Positions 18,871 to 28,150 of a DNA stretch of 64,000 bases are shown one piece after another. Numbering within the stretch: position 1 is the first letter of the stretch; every line of letters starts with the position of its first letter. Source of the DNA: Parcubacteria bacterium C7867-004. GTDB lineage: Bacteria; Patescibacteriota; Minisyncoccia; Phycocordibacterales; Phycocordibacteraceae. Location: NCBI GenBank assembly GCA_001189075.1, contig LFCN01000006.1:524866-588865 (forward strand). Direction: 5' to 3'. The position numbers and the translations under genes are program-made. A model generated the notes under the pieces. The model did not search any database, was not told the DNA's origin, and worked only from the letters and a program-made list of their open reading frames with translations.

Positions 18871-20592
18871 TTAGTATTCTGCCCTATCCGGCCGAATTTC
18901 GTAATAATTGATCAGGAAGTGCGTTAATTCCATGAAGGGCTTAGTTAAGGTCTCGGAGGCGTACTGCACGCCCTGTGGTTCCCTCGTATACATGACGATC
19001 ACGAACTCCGGGTCATACGCCGGGAAATAGCCGAAGAAGGAATGGAAGTAGCGGCCTTCCGCATACTTGCCCCCTGATCCGGCAACCTGTGCGGTACCGG
19101 TCTTCGCGGCCACGCTCATCTCCGGAATCTTCAGCGTACCGTTCGCGAGCTTGGTATCCACCACCTTAACGAGCATGCGCGTCGTGTCTTCCGTCGCCTT
19201 GCTGCTGAAGACCCGCTCGGGCGTTCCCCATGACAGTTTCTTCTCCACACCGGACTCGAGCCTGATGGCACGCACGAGGTGCGGCGTCACTACCTGTCCT
19301 CCGTTGGCGAGCGCGCCTAATGCGCGGACCATCTGCACGGGCGTCTGCGCGATTCCCTGCCCGAAAGAAGCGGTGGCATACTCGACATCGCGCGGACTGC
19401 TCTCGATGTTATGGATATCGCCACCCACCTCGCTCGGAAGATCTATGCCGGTCTCGGTTCCCATGCCGAGCTTCTTCAGGTATCCGCGGAACTTCTCGTG
19501 CCCTACTTCAAGCGCGATGTAGGACGCGCCCATGTTGAGCGACTGCGAGAGAACTTCCTGCATCGGGGTTACCCCGCGCGCCTTGAGATCGTAGTTGCAG
19601 AACTTCTTGTTGTTGAGCGTACGGCAGCCGGTGTCGACATAGGTGGAGTCTGCCGTTACCGCACCTGAATCAAGACCTGCCGCCATAGTGAGAGCCTTCA
19701 CGATGGAACCGAACTCGTACTGGTTCCCCACCAGCGGATTCCCGAAGTGTTCCGGATCGCCGTTACTGAAATCGTTGGCATCGAACGAGGGCGCGGTATC
19801 GAGCGCCACTATCTCGCCGGTCTTGGGGTCCATGATGATCGCCCCGGTCTCCCGGCTTCCATACTGCGCGTTTATCTCCGCTAACACCTGATCGAGCTTC
19901 TCCTGCACCACCGGCTCGATGGTCGTAACCAGGTCGCCTTCGCGCGCGCCCCGCGCGTCAACGACGATATCGCCCGCACTCGCGAACAGCTCAGCGAAGA
20001 AGTTTCCGAAGAGCCCAACGGAGCCGCGAGAGAGTATGTCGTTGTAATAGCGTTCGAGTCCGAAGCGTCCCTCGAGCGTATTATCGTCATCGAATGCCAC
20101 GAAGCCGATGGACTGCGCTGCGCGCGTCGAAGCCGGATAGGTCCGCCATCGCTCGCGCTCGACTTGTATGCCGGGGATATCGAGCTTCTCGACGGCGCGC
20201 CCGGCGTCCTCCGATACACGCTTCGCGATAACCTCATACGGATCATCCTTAGCGTTCGCTGACGCGAAGAATGCCTCTTGGTCGATCGTAATGAGCGGAG
20301 CGAGCTTCTCGTATGCCGCCTGCGCATCCTCGACATGGCCTGGGTTCATCGCAATCGTGAAGCCGGTTGCGAGCGCTGCAGCAGAAAGCACCGTCCCGTC
20401 CTTGCGGGTGAAATAGATGCTGCCTCGATCGAACAGCTTCTGGCTCGCCGATACATACTGCTTCTCCGCGCGAAGCGAGTAATCGGAGCCGTGCACTACC
20501 TGTACGAAATAGAGTCTGAGAACGAGGAGTAGCGCGACCGTGAAGAGGATGCCCGCAAGCAATCGTAACCGTCCTCGTATCGCCCTCCGCAT
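18871..20592 (-). CDS. ftsI: Class B penicillin-binding protein (FtsI-like)
   Basis: EFGSIVK (SxxK), SLN, KTGTAQ; dcw context. Confidence 0.88.
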   Translation of the reverse strand: MRRAIRGRLRLLAGILFTVALLLVLRLYFVQVVHGSDYSLRAEKQYVSASQKLFDRGSIYFTRKDGTVLSAAALATGFTIAMNPGHVEDAQAAYEKLAPLITIDQEAFFASANAKDDPYEVIAKRVSEDAGRAVEKLDIPGIQVERERWRTYPASTRAAQSIGFVAFDDDNTLEGRFGLERYYNDILSRGSVGLFGNFFAELFASAGDIVVDARGAREGDLVTTIEPVVQEKLDQVLAEINAQYGSRETGAIIMDPKTGEIVALDTAPSFDANDFSNGDPEHFGNPLVGNQYEFGSIVKALTMAAGLDSGAVTADSTYVDTGCRTLNNKKFCNYDLKARGVTPMQEVLSQSLNMGASYIALEVGHEKFRGYLKKLGMGTETGIDLPSEVGGDIHNIESSPRDVEYATASFGQGIAQTPVQMVRALGALANGGQVVTPHLVRAIRLESGVEKKLSWGTPERVFSSKATEDTTRMLVKVVDTKLANGTLKIPEMSVAAKTGTAQVAGSGGKYAEGRYFHSFFGYFPAYDPEFVIVMYTREPQGVQYASETLTKPFMELTHFLINYYEIRPDRAEY

Positions 20593-20596
20593 ACTA

Positions 20597-20890
20597 TTAG
20601 CGGAGCGAGAGTGCCGGAGCGGCTGCCTTCACCGCGTAGGTAACCTGTTGAGGCTTAACGAGGCCGACCGCATACGGATCGGTTCCGTCGATGCGCTCTA
20701 CAACTGCATAGTACTGGGACTCGAGCGCGCCGATATCGCCTTCCGTCTCATGCACGAGCACTGCGAGATCGGTCTGGTACGCTGCGAGCGACACCGTGAC
20801 GATCACGAGCGCAAGGTATGCCGCAAAGAGCGCCGCAGAAGCAAAACCCAGGATCGAGATGGTGCGGTCAGGCATACGCAGGAAAGGCAT
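20597..20890 (-). CDS. Single-TM protein in the FtsL position
   Basis: TM plus coiled-coil-like segment between rsmH and ftsI. Confidence 0.6.
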   Translation of the reverse strand: MPFLRMPDRTISILGFASAALFAAYLALVIVTVSLAAYQTDLAVLVHETEGDIGALESQYYAVVERIDGTDPYAVGLVKPQQVTYAVKAAAPALSLR

Positions 20891-21818
20891 GAAGATTAAT
20901 GGAACGGTTCGTAGCGGTAACCCCGACTTCGAACAGTCGGAGCTTCGCGCTTCGCGCCCGCGGATTCGCTTTGAGCTCTTCCGCTGACGGCACTATCGGC
21001 TTGCGCGGAGAGAGGCTCCCCTTGCCGTCAGCGGCCGCATCCCGGAGCATGCTCTTCACGATCCGGTCCTCGATGCTGTGGAAGGTTATGACAGCGATGC
21101 GGCCTCCGGCAGGAACGAGCTCGAGCGAAGCTGCGAGGCCGTCGCGGAGCGCACCCAGTTCATCATTCACCGCGATGCGGAGCGCCTGGAAGGTCTTGGT
21201 TGCCGGATGGAGCTTCCGGTGCTGATACCAGCTTGGCGTTCCCTGCTCGATAGCCGCTACAAGCTCGAAGGTCGTCTCAATTTCCTTTACTTCTCGGTGC
21301 GCGACTATAGAGCGCGCGATCGATTTGGCGAACCGCTCCTCGCCGAGCGAGAAGATGATGTCGGAGAGGGACGCTTCCGAGAGATGGTTCACGAGATCCG
21401 ATGCGGTTGTTCCCTCTGACGGATCTCCGTACGTCATCAAGAGTGGCTCGTCTGCGCGGAATGAGAATCCGCGTCCGCGTGCGAGCTGGAATCCGCTCCA
21501 TCCGAGATCGAACAGCACTTTCGTCGGTACAAGATCGTTCTCGTTCATGAGCGCTGCAAGATCGCGGAAGTTGCCGTTCACGAGCTTCACCGTAGGGCGG
21601 ACAGCTCCCGGTACCTCGTCGACAACCGCCTGCGCGCGCACGAGCGCGTCAGCATCGGCGTCGATACCCACGAGCGTCCCGTCGGCAGGAAGCTGCTCAA
21701 GAATTCTCTTGAAGTGCCCTGCTCCGCCGAGCGTAGCGTCAACGACCACGTCACCGGCTGCAATCTTGAGGCCGGCGACGGCTTCTTCAAGGAGAACGGT
21801 GTCGTGGCGGGCTTCCAT
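20868..21818 (-). CDS. rsmH: 16S rRNA m4C1402 methyltransferase
   Basis: VDATLGGAGH, DLGWSG, HPATKTFQALRIAVN, ITFHSIEDRIVK, NPRARSAKLR. Confidence 0.97.
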   Translation of the reverse strand: MEARHDTVLLEEAVAGLKIAAGDVVVDATLGGAGHFKRILEQLPADGTLVGIDADADALVRAQAVVDEVPGAVRPTVKLVNGNFRDLAALMNENDLVPTKVLFDLGWSGFQLARGRGFSFRADEPLLMTYGDPSEGTTASDLVNHLSEASLSDIIFSLGEERFAKSIARSIVAHREVKEIETTFELVAAIEQGTPSWYQHRKLHPATKTFQALRIAVNDELGALRDGLAASLELVPAGGRIAVITFHSIEDRIVKSMLRDAAADGKGSLSPRKPIVPSAEELKANPRARSAKLRLFEVGVTATNRSINLHAFPAYA

Positions 21819-21821
21819 AGA

Positions 21822-22256
21822 TTATGCGAGGCCACGGCTACCGAGCGTTTCCGCGAACTGGTCCGCATCTCGTTCGATCGACGTGGTGTAGGTCTCCCAC
21901 GCCTCTTCGTCCCAGAGCTCGACGCGGTCGGAGACACCCGCTACCACGCACTTGGTGCCGAGTCCGGCGTATGCCTTCAGATAATCAGGCACGAGCACGC
22001 GGCCGCTCGCGTCGACATCGGTCTCGGACGCGCCCGCGAGCATGAGGCGCGCGAATGCGCGGCCGGCAGCGCCTCCGGAGGAGTGTTCGGAGAACTTCTT
22101 GGCTTCGAGCTTCCACGCACCTTTCGTATACACGAAGAGACAATGATCGAGTCCCCGCGTGATGATTACCGACGTACCGAGTTCCTTCCGGAACTTTGCC
22201 GGAAGCGAGATGCGGTTCTTTGCATCAAGGGTATGTCGGTATTCGCCTATGAACAT
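21822..22256 (-). CDS. mraZ: Division/cell wall transcriptional regulator MraZ
   Basis: MFIGEYRHTLDAKNRISLP, DASGRVLVP, RVELWD. Confidence 0.97.
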   Translation of the reverse strand: MFIGEYRHTLDAKNRISLPAKFRKELGTSVIITRGLDHCLFVYTKGAWKLEAKKFSEHSSGGAAGRAFARLMLAGASETDVDASGRVLVPDYLKAYAGLGTKCVVAGVSDRVELWDEEAWETYTTSIERDADQFAETLGSRGLA

Positions 22257-22290
22257 GAAGAAATGGTGCGTGGATCAGAAAGTGGTTCAT

Positions 22291-22337
22291 TCCCACTTCA
22301 TCCCACTAGTAGGTAAGTATATGACACTTCTTCCCAC
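22291..22337 (-). promoter_or_regulatory. Putative MraZ operator (GTGGGA repeats)
   Basis: TCCCAC at 22291, 22301 and 22332, with degenerate TGACAC at 22322; about 10-nt periodicity upstream of mraZ. Confidence 0.7.
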
Positions 22338-22380
22338 AGAGCCTCCCTTTCCGGCTTAAAAGTTGTGTATAACTCTTGGT

Positions 22381-22547
22381 TTGACATGCTCTCTGTACGG
22401 AGCTATCCTCGGGTGACATGGCACGAGCAACAGTGAGCTTCTGGAGCTATTGGTTTACGCAGCCCCTCGAGGGCTCGTCACTGTTGTCGTCATAGAATCT
22501 CCATCACGACAGTAGAAACGGGCCCTTGAGGGGGCCCCTTTCTATTT
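22381..22547 (+). promoter_or_regulatory. Sigma70 promoter plus leader-peptide attenuator 1
   Basis: TTGACA(22381)-17-TATCCT; uORF 22418-22495; antiterminator helices 22463-22478/22518-22533 and 22481-22490/22506-22515; terminator-like hairpin 22513-22544. Confidence 0.75.
22418..22495 (+). CDS. Leader peptide MARATVSFWSYWFTQPLEGSSLLSS
   Basis: ATG 8 nt after the -10 box; aromatic cluster FWSYWF. Confidence 0.65.
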   Translation: MARATVSFWSYWFTQPLEGSSLLSS

Positions 22548-22617
22548 GGCCTGCAGCTGCAGGACGCAAATTGAAACTACGCACATTCCAACCGACTAGA
22601 GATATGGGGAGTACACA

Positions 22618-23022
22618 ATGCACAACGCAAGCTACGAAGAAGCGACCCGACGCCACCTGGTTCTTTCGGCTCGCTACGGATTTCCCGGACTGAACAAGAC
22701 GACCAGGGAAATCGCGCTTTCGGAGATCCGGGAAGCGATGCCACTCGGTTTCTATCGGCGCTACGATGGCCAGCAGTGCGAACTGCTCCATCTGGCCGTA
22801 GAGCATCCGAACGGCGCACTGGTGGCGGTGTATCGGGAGAACGAAACGGTCGTCGTTGAGAATGTCTTCACAATGGTCGGACCGTGCCAATGCCTGAAGC
22901 TCGGATTCCTGGCACCGATCAGGACCGACGGGTATGAGGGCCCCCGCTACGTGTTCCAGCAATCTGCAGGAACAACCTTTGCTCGGGCAGCAGGCGGCCA
23001 GGTAGAACCCGCTCACGCGTAA
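22618..23022 (+). CDS. Hypothetical protein downstream of attenuator 1
   Basis: GGGGAG SD, 134 aa, followed by a strong terminator. Confidence 0.7.
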   Translation: MHNASYEEATRRHLVLSARYGFPGLNKTTREIALSEIREAMPLGFYRRYDGQQCELLHLAVEHPNGALVAVYRENETVVVENVFTMVGPCQCLKLGFLAPIRTDGYEGPRYVFQQSAGTTFARAAGGQVEPAHA

Positions 23023-23042
23023 CCCAAGATCCCAGAGTCTCT

Positions 23043-23077
23043 ACCCGCTGTCGGTCTCCGACAGCGGGTTTTCTTTT
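23043..23077 (+). terminator. Intrinsic terminator
   Basis: ACCCGCTGTCGG-TCT-CCGACAGCGGGT perfect stem followed by TTTCTTTT. Confidence 0.85.
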
Positions 23078-23093
23078 CCCCACTACTTCATAT

Positions 23094-23281
23094 TTGACAG
23101 GAATACCCGGAGCCGCTACGCTAATTCTGATGACTCAAACGATTCAGTACGTCTTTCTCGGCATTCTACGTACCCTCGGCGTCCTTAGGACGGTCGGGGT
23201 TTCGATTGAGGTCTCTCCACGGTAAGCGAAGCGGAAAGAATTGAATCGAGCCCCCGACCGGAAACGGTATCGGGGGTTTCG
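23094..23281 (+). promoter_or_regulatory. Sigma70 promoter plus leader-peptide attenuator 2
   Basis: TTGACA(23094)-17-TACGCT; uORF 23130-23225; antiterminator 23191-23207/23244-23260; hairpin 23248-23279. Confidence 0.72.
23130..23225 (+). CDS. Leader peptide MTQTIQYVFLGILRTLGVLRTVGVSIEVSPR
   Basis: ATG 7 nt after the -10 box; Val/Leu/Ile/Thr-rich. Confidence 0.6.
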   Translation: MTQTIQYVFLGILRTLGVLRTVGVSIEVSPR

Positions 23282-23360
23282 GCGTTACAGGGAACGCAGC
23301 GCACAAAACACGAAAGAGAGCGCCTGACTCTTTCAAAAAGTTTGCGGAGAGGAACTAGGG

Positions 23361-23771
23361 ATGAGGAATACCTTCGTAACCAATCGGGACGGCCTGCGCG
23401 TTCGGGATGACGTGTGGAACTACATGACTCGGCAGAGGGCCCACGAATTCACCACGATCTCCGGAAGCCTGGCAGTTCCGAGCCGTGAAGGGGTTGTTAT
23501 CGCGCTCGTGCAGTGTGATCACATCCTTCCGACAACGTTCGTCCGATCAGTGCCTAAGCAGGTCGGCGAGATCCTCGTCCCGCCGGCATGGGCCAGGCAC
23601 GCTGACGAGATTGTCTATATCTCGCAGCCGAATCCGAAGCAGACGGAGAGGCCGCAACGGCACGAAGGCGGCAGATGCGCCAGCCAGAGACAAGAGTGCC
23701 GCTGCATCCATGCCGCCATCGAGACCATGATGACCTGGCCGTTCCAGAGACGCCGAGAACCAGTGGCGTAG
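23361..23771 (+). CDS. Hypothetical protein downstream of attenuator 2
   Basis: GGAGAGGA SD, 136 aa, AAAGGCG..CGCCTTTTTT terminator downstream. Confidence 0.7.
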   Translation: MRNTFVTNRDGLRVRDDVWNYMTRQRAHEFTTISGSLAVPSREGVVIALVQCDHILPTTFVRSVPKQVGEILVPPAWARHADEIVYISQPNPKQTERPQRHEGGRCASQRQECRCIHAAIETMMTWPFQRRREPVA

Positions 23772-23837
23772 CGAGGACGAAAACCCAAAGGCGACCCATA
23801 CGGGCCGCCTTTTTTCTTTCCCTGCGTATGTTGAAAC

Positions 23838-24308
23838 TTAAGAAACCTTCTCGACGGTATACGTCTGCTTTCCGTTCGGCGTCTCGAACGTGAACACGTC
23901 ACCCTTCTTCTTGCCCATGAGCGCAGCGCCGAGCGGTGATACGTGCGAGAGCTTGTGCACGCGCATATCAGCTTCTTCCGAACCGACGATCATGTACTCA
24001 TGCGCGTCCCCGCTTCCGTCCTTTTTGATGGTTACAGTGGAGCTGAACCCGACCACGTCCTTCTTCTTGCCATCAGTGACAATCTTTGCACGCTTCACCA
24101 GTTCCTCGAGCTTGCGGATGCGTTCTTCGGTTGCGGCTTGGAGCTCGCGTGCCTCCTGGTATTCTGCGTTCTCCGAGAGGTCGCCGAGCGAGCGAGCGTA
24201 CTCGAGATTCTCCGCGATCTCGGTGCGGCGTACAGTCTTCAGGTTCTCGAGCTCCTTTATCATCTCGTCGAACTTTTCCTGGCTAACGACAGTATCCTGC
24301 TCGGTCAT
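23838..24308 (-). CDS. greA: Transcription elongation factor GreA
   Basis: ARSLGDLSENAEY, IVGSEEAD, SPLGAALMGKKKGD. Confidence 0.97.
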   Translation of the reverse strand: MTEQDTVVSQEKFDEMIKELENLKTVRRTEIAENLEYARSLGDLSENAEYQEARELQAATEERIRKLEELVKRAKIVTDGKKKDVVGFSSTVTIKKDGSGDAHEYMIVGSEEADMRVHKLSHVSPLGAALMGKKKGDVFTFETPNGKQTYTVEKVS

Positions 24309-24407
24309 GTATGTAGTGAATGAATGATGAACGCTCTAAGTACTTGTATTGTACGTGGCCACTTCTGCGCGTCAATCGTCTCCCGCAGCCGCACAGAAGA
24401 AGGCTAG

Positions 24408-26081
24408 TTATTCGAAGTATTCTGGCGCCGTCCGCGCCATCTCCGACAGAGCCTGATGCACCACATAGATGCCTCCCGTTGCCGTTCCCGCCGGACCCTT
24501 CTCCATCACTACGACGTAGACGTACTTTGGCTTCTCGTACGGGAAGAACCCTACTGCCCACATGTTATAGAACTCGTTGTTGAATCCGAGCTGCGCCGTA
24601 CCTGTCTTCCCCGCAATCGCTACCGGAAGATCATTGAGCCCGTGCGAGGTTCCTTCCGTGACGCCCATACGCATACCTTCGCGCGCGATTTGAAGCGCAC
24701 CCCGGTCTATCTCGATCGACTGGCCTCCCGGTAGTGCTCCCTTGCGGACCGTAGGACGGACGAGCGTTCCGCCATTTGCTACCGCCGCAACCGCGCGAGC
24801 TGCCTCAAGCGGCGTTACCTGCATCGAGTACTGCCCTATAGCGGTGTGATAGGTGTTGCCGATGCGCCACGGCTCGTCATACGTCGCTTCTTTCCACGCC
24901 GGACTCGGAACGAACCCGGTCGCTTCCCCGGCAAGCTCGATGCCCGTCGGGCTCGTGAAGCCAAAGGTCTTGAACCAGTGATTAATGCGCTCAATACCGA
25001 GACCCTTCTGACCGCCGAAGCCGCCGCCCACCGTATAGAAATACACGTCCGAAGACCACGCCACCGCACTGCGTGCGTTCATCGCGCCCAGCGTCTTCCA
25101 GTCCTTGAAGATAGTCGGCTTCGAGGGATCGTACTGGTTCGGCACGGAGATATAGCCGTTTGAGACGATAACCGTCTCCGGCGTAACTATGCCGTCGTTG
25201 AGTGCGCCGGCGACTTCCATCGGCTTCACGATTGAGCCCGGTGTATAGAGACCTGCCACCGCACGATCAAGGTATACCCGGCGGGAGTCCGACTGATACG
25301 CCGCTATGACGCTCGACGGACCTCCTGAAGAAAGCACGTTCGGATCGTATTCCGGAAACGACACGAGTGCGTGTAGTTCTCCTGTCTCGACGTCCATGAG
25401 GATGGCTGAGCCTCCCTGGAACGGTATCTTCTCGGCGAGCCCTTTGATGGCGGTATCGAATGCGCGCTGCGCCCGAGCGTCAACCGAAAGCATGAGCGTC
25501 TTTCCGTTCTCTGCCGGCTTCACAGTCCCCTGCGACTGTATCTCGCCAAGTGCATCTTCCTCGACAAGCAACGTGCCGTTCTTCCCTGAAAGCTCTGCGT
25601 TCATCGCAGCCTCCACACCGCTTAATCCTTTGATCTCAGTGTCATAGAAATTTCCCGAGGAGTCCTTCTTCGGATACGAGACATAGCCGAGCAGATGCGC
25701 GAATCCCGGTGTCTCATACACGCGACGTACGAACCCGCCCTCACCTGATTCGTTGTACACGAGAGGCGTGCCGTTCCGGTCGACGATAGCGCCGCGCTCG
25801 GCGAAGAGAACTTTCGGCGAGAGCCTATTGCGCTCGCTCTGGGCGGAATACTTCTCACCTTCCCGTACCTGGAGGTTCGCCGCCTGCACGCCGAGCGTCG
25901 TGAACATGAGCGCTATAACAAGACCGATAACCGCGAAGGTTCCGCTCGATATCGGCTTCTCAAGTCTGCCTTCGAGCGTACTCCGGTCGAACCCGGAGAG
26001 ATTCGAGGAGTCGAGGAAAATCTCGTCGGGGTTCAGTTCGTACCCGCTATTTCTCTTACGAAAAAGACGCCACCGCTTCAT
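24408..26081 (-). CDS. mrdA: Class B penicillin-binding protein 2 (elongasome)
   Basis: AERGAIVDRNG, YTPGSIVKP, SSDVYFY, GKTGTAQ; downstream of mreBC. Confidence 0.9.
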   Translation of the reverse strand: MKRWRLFRKRNSGYELNPDEIFLDSSNLSGFDRSTLEGRLEKPISSGTFAVIGLVIALMFTTLGVQAANLQVREGEKYSAQSERNRLSPKVLFAERGAIVDRNGTPLVYNESGEGGFVRRVYETPGFAHLLGYVSYPKKDSSGNFYDTEIKGLSGVEAAMNAELSGKNGTLLVEEDALGEIQSQGTVKPAENGKTLMLSVDARAQRAFDTAIKGLAEKIPFQGGSAILMDVETGELHALVSFPEYDPNVLSSGGPSSVIAAYQSDSRRVYLDRAVAGLYTPGSIVKPMEVAGALNDGIVTPETVIVSNGYISVPNQYDPSKPTIFKDWKTLGAMNARSAVAWSSDVYFYTVGGGFGGQKGLGIERINHWFKTFGFTSPTGIELAGEATGFVPSPAWKEATYDEPWRIGNTYHTAIGQYSMQVTPLEAARAVAAVANGGTLVRPTVRKGALPGGQSIEIDRGALQIAREGMRMGVTEGTSHGLNDLPVAIAGKTGTAQLGFNNEFYNMWAVGFFPYEKPKYVYVVVMEKGPAGTATGGIYVVHQALSEMARTAPEYFE

Positions 26082-26338
26082 CCCTCCATAATACGCGTCT
26101 TCACGAAACGATGCACCAGTATGGAAATGAGTGTTGCGGCCGCACCAAAAAGAAGAAAGAACGGTACGTTAGCTGCTCCCGGCGTGAAATACAGGATGTC
26201 CGCGAACGCGCCGAGTAGAAGGCCTGCGAGCGGGAATGCGAGTGCGGAAAGGAACACTAACAAAGCCGATACCGGCCACGGGAAGAAGAAGAGCGCGAAG
26301 AACGCTATGACGGGAATCGCTCCGCGAAGCAGTATCAT
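26078..26338 (-). CDS. Small membrane protein in the MreD position
   Basis: 86-aa highly hydrophobic ORF (ATG 26338) overlapping mreC and mrdA; LLGAFADILY. Confidence 0.65.
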   Translation of the reverse strand: MILLRGAIPVIAFFALFFFPWPVSALLVFLSALAFPLAGLLLGAFADILYFTPGAANVPFFLLFGAAATLISILVHRFVKTRIMEG

Positions 26339-27123
26339 GGGGTAAGAGTGACCCAGGTAACCGAGAACGGATTGAGCACCGGCTTCACCTCGACGCGTGA
26401 GCGGGGAGAGGACGGATCGTTGCCTACCGACACCACGGTACCGATGGGAAGCGCGCCTGATCCGGGTACGAAGACCGTGTCGCCAACCATGATGCCGGAT
26501 TCTCGCGCAGCCTCGAGCGAGAACGCGCCTGCGCCACGACCGGAGAGCGTAACCGGAATACGCGTCTCTCCTACCCAAGCCTGAGTATCATGGCCCGGAG
26601 CGGAATACAGCACGACGCGCGCAGACTGATTCGCTGCGCTCTCGACCACGCCGAGCGGAACGCCTCCTGCACCGAATGCGCGCATGCCGGAAACAACACC
26701 GCTCGACTGCCCGGCATCGATCACGAGCACGTCATAGGGCGATACCGGAGGACGCGTGAGGACGCCCGCGAGTATTCCCGGCGCTCGTTCGGTCCTCGTC
26801 CCGAGAAGCCGTTCGAAGTCGGCAGCTCTCGCCTCAAGAATCGCTTGCTGTGCTCGGAGCGATTCATTCTCAGACCGGAGCGCGGCTACTTCCCTCAAGA
26901 GCGCTCCCTTGTCTGCAAAGAAGGTCCCCGCATTCCCTGCTCCGGCAGTTAAGGCGTCTCCCGTCTTCCAGAACGGCATTGCCGCGAACGGGATTACGCC
27001 CGGGGCGAACGCACGCACGACGAATACGAGGAGTATGAGCGCACCGATAGCGATACTCACGGGTCCGAGACCTCGTCCCGTGCCGAGCAACGAGTTACGC
27101 CTTCGGGAGGATAGCCGCTTCAT
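26335..27123 (-). CDS. mreC: Rod shape-determining protein MreC
   Basis: TM, coiled coil, LVIDAGQSSGV..GM, beta-rich C-terminus; follows mreB. Confidence 0.88.
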   Translation of the reverse strand: MKRLSSRRRNSLLGTGRGLGPVSIAIGALILLVFVVRAFAPGVIPFAAMPFWKTGDALTAGAGNAGTFFADKGALLREVAALRSENESLRAQQAILEARAADFERLLGTRTERAPGILAGVLTRPPVSPYDVLVIDAGQSSGVVSGMRAFGAGGVPLGVVESAANQSARVVLYSAPGHDTQAWVGETRIPVTLSGRGAGAFSLEAARESGIMVGDTVFVPGSGALPIGTVVSVGNDPSSPRSRVEVKPVLNPFSVTWVTLTP

Positions 27124-28150
27124 GGAGGAATGTGTCGGCCCACGGAGCCGGGTCTTCGGTTACGATGCCCGTACCCCGCACAACCGCAGTTAATGGGTCG
27201 CTTGCGATATGCACCGGCACGCCGAGCATCTTCGCGAGCAGCTCCGGAAGACCGCGCAGGAGCGCGCCGCCCCCGAATACCGTAACGCCGCGCTCGAGCA
27301 CGTCGGAAAGCAATTCTGGCGGCGCTTTCTCGATAACCTCCTTCATGGCTTCCATGAGGGCATCGAGCGAGGGCGCTACCGCTTCGCGTACATGGGAATC
27401 GGTGAGCATGATCTCGCGTGGAAGCCCAGTAGCCAGATCCCGGCCGCGCACCGCGCGCGAGAGCTCCTCGTCGAGCGGGAGCACCGCGCCGATCCCGATC
27501 TTCGTGTCTTCCGCCGTCTTCTCGCCGATCGCGAGCTGGAACTCGCTACGGACATACTCGATGATGTTGTCATTGAAACGATCGCCCGCGACCTGGGAGC
27601 TCTTCGAGGAGACCGATCCGCCGAGCGCGATGACCGCGATGTCAGTTGTGCCTGCACCGATATCGAGCACCATGGTGCCCACCGCTTCCATGATAGGAAG
27701 CTTCGCGCCAATAGCTCCTGCCATCGGTTCTTCGAGTATGAATACTTCGCGCGCGCCGGCGGTGAGCGCAGCATCACGCACCGCCCTTGATTCCACGTTT
27801 GTGACGCCGGTCGGGACGCCCACGACGACGCGAGGGCCAAAGAGGCGCGAGCGTCCGCCCTGGGCCTTGTTTATAAAATACGCGAGCAGTTCCTCCGTGA
27901 CTTCGAAGTCGGAGATAACGCCGTGCGAGAGCGGGCGCACAGCGCGGATATGCGGCGGCGTCTTCCCGAGCATGGCCTTCGCTTCCTTCCCGACGGCAAC
28001 CATTTGGCCGGTCTTCTCGTTCACCGTCACTACCGACGGCTCCGCTATAACAATGCCGCGACCGCGCACGTAGACGAGTGTGTTGCCCGTTCCCAGGTCG
28101 ATGCCGATATCGCTCGAGAAGAGCGAGCTGCGCGAGAATTTCTTAGCCAT
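27095..28150 (-). CDS. mreB: Rod shape-determining protein MreB (copy 1)
   Basis: IGIDLGTGNT, EPSVV, EEPMAGAIGA, LDIGAGTTD, GGGALLRG. Confidence 0.95.
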   Translation of the reverse strand: MAKKFSRSSLFSSDIGIDLGTGNTLVYVRGRGIVIAEPSVVTVNEKTGQMVAVGKEAKAMLGKTPPHIRAVRPLSHGVISDFEVTEELLAYFINKAQGGRSRLFGPRVVVGVPTGVTNVESRAVRDAALTAGAREVFILEEPMAGAIGAKLPIMEAVGTMVLDIGAGTTDIAVIALGGSVSSKSSQVAGDRFNDNIIEYVRSEFQLAIGEKTAEDTKIGIGAVLPLDEELSRAVRGRDLATGLPREIMLTDSHVREAVAPSLDALMEAMKEVIEKAPPELLSDVLERGVTVFGGGALLRGLPELLAKMLGVPVHIASDPLTAVVRGTGIVTEDPAPWADTFLHEAAILPKA

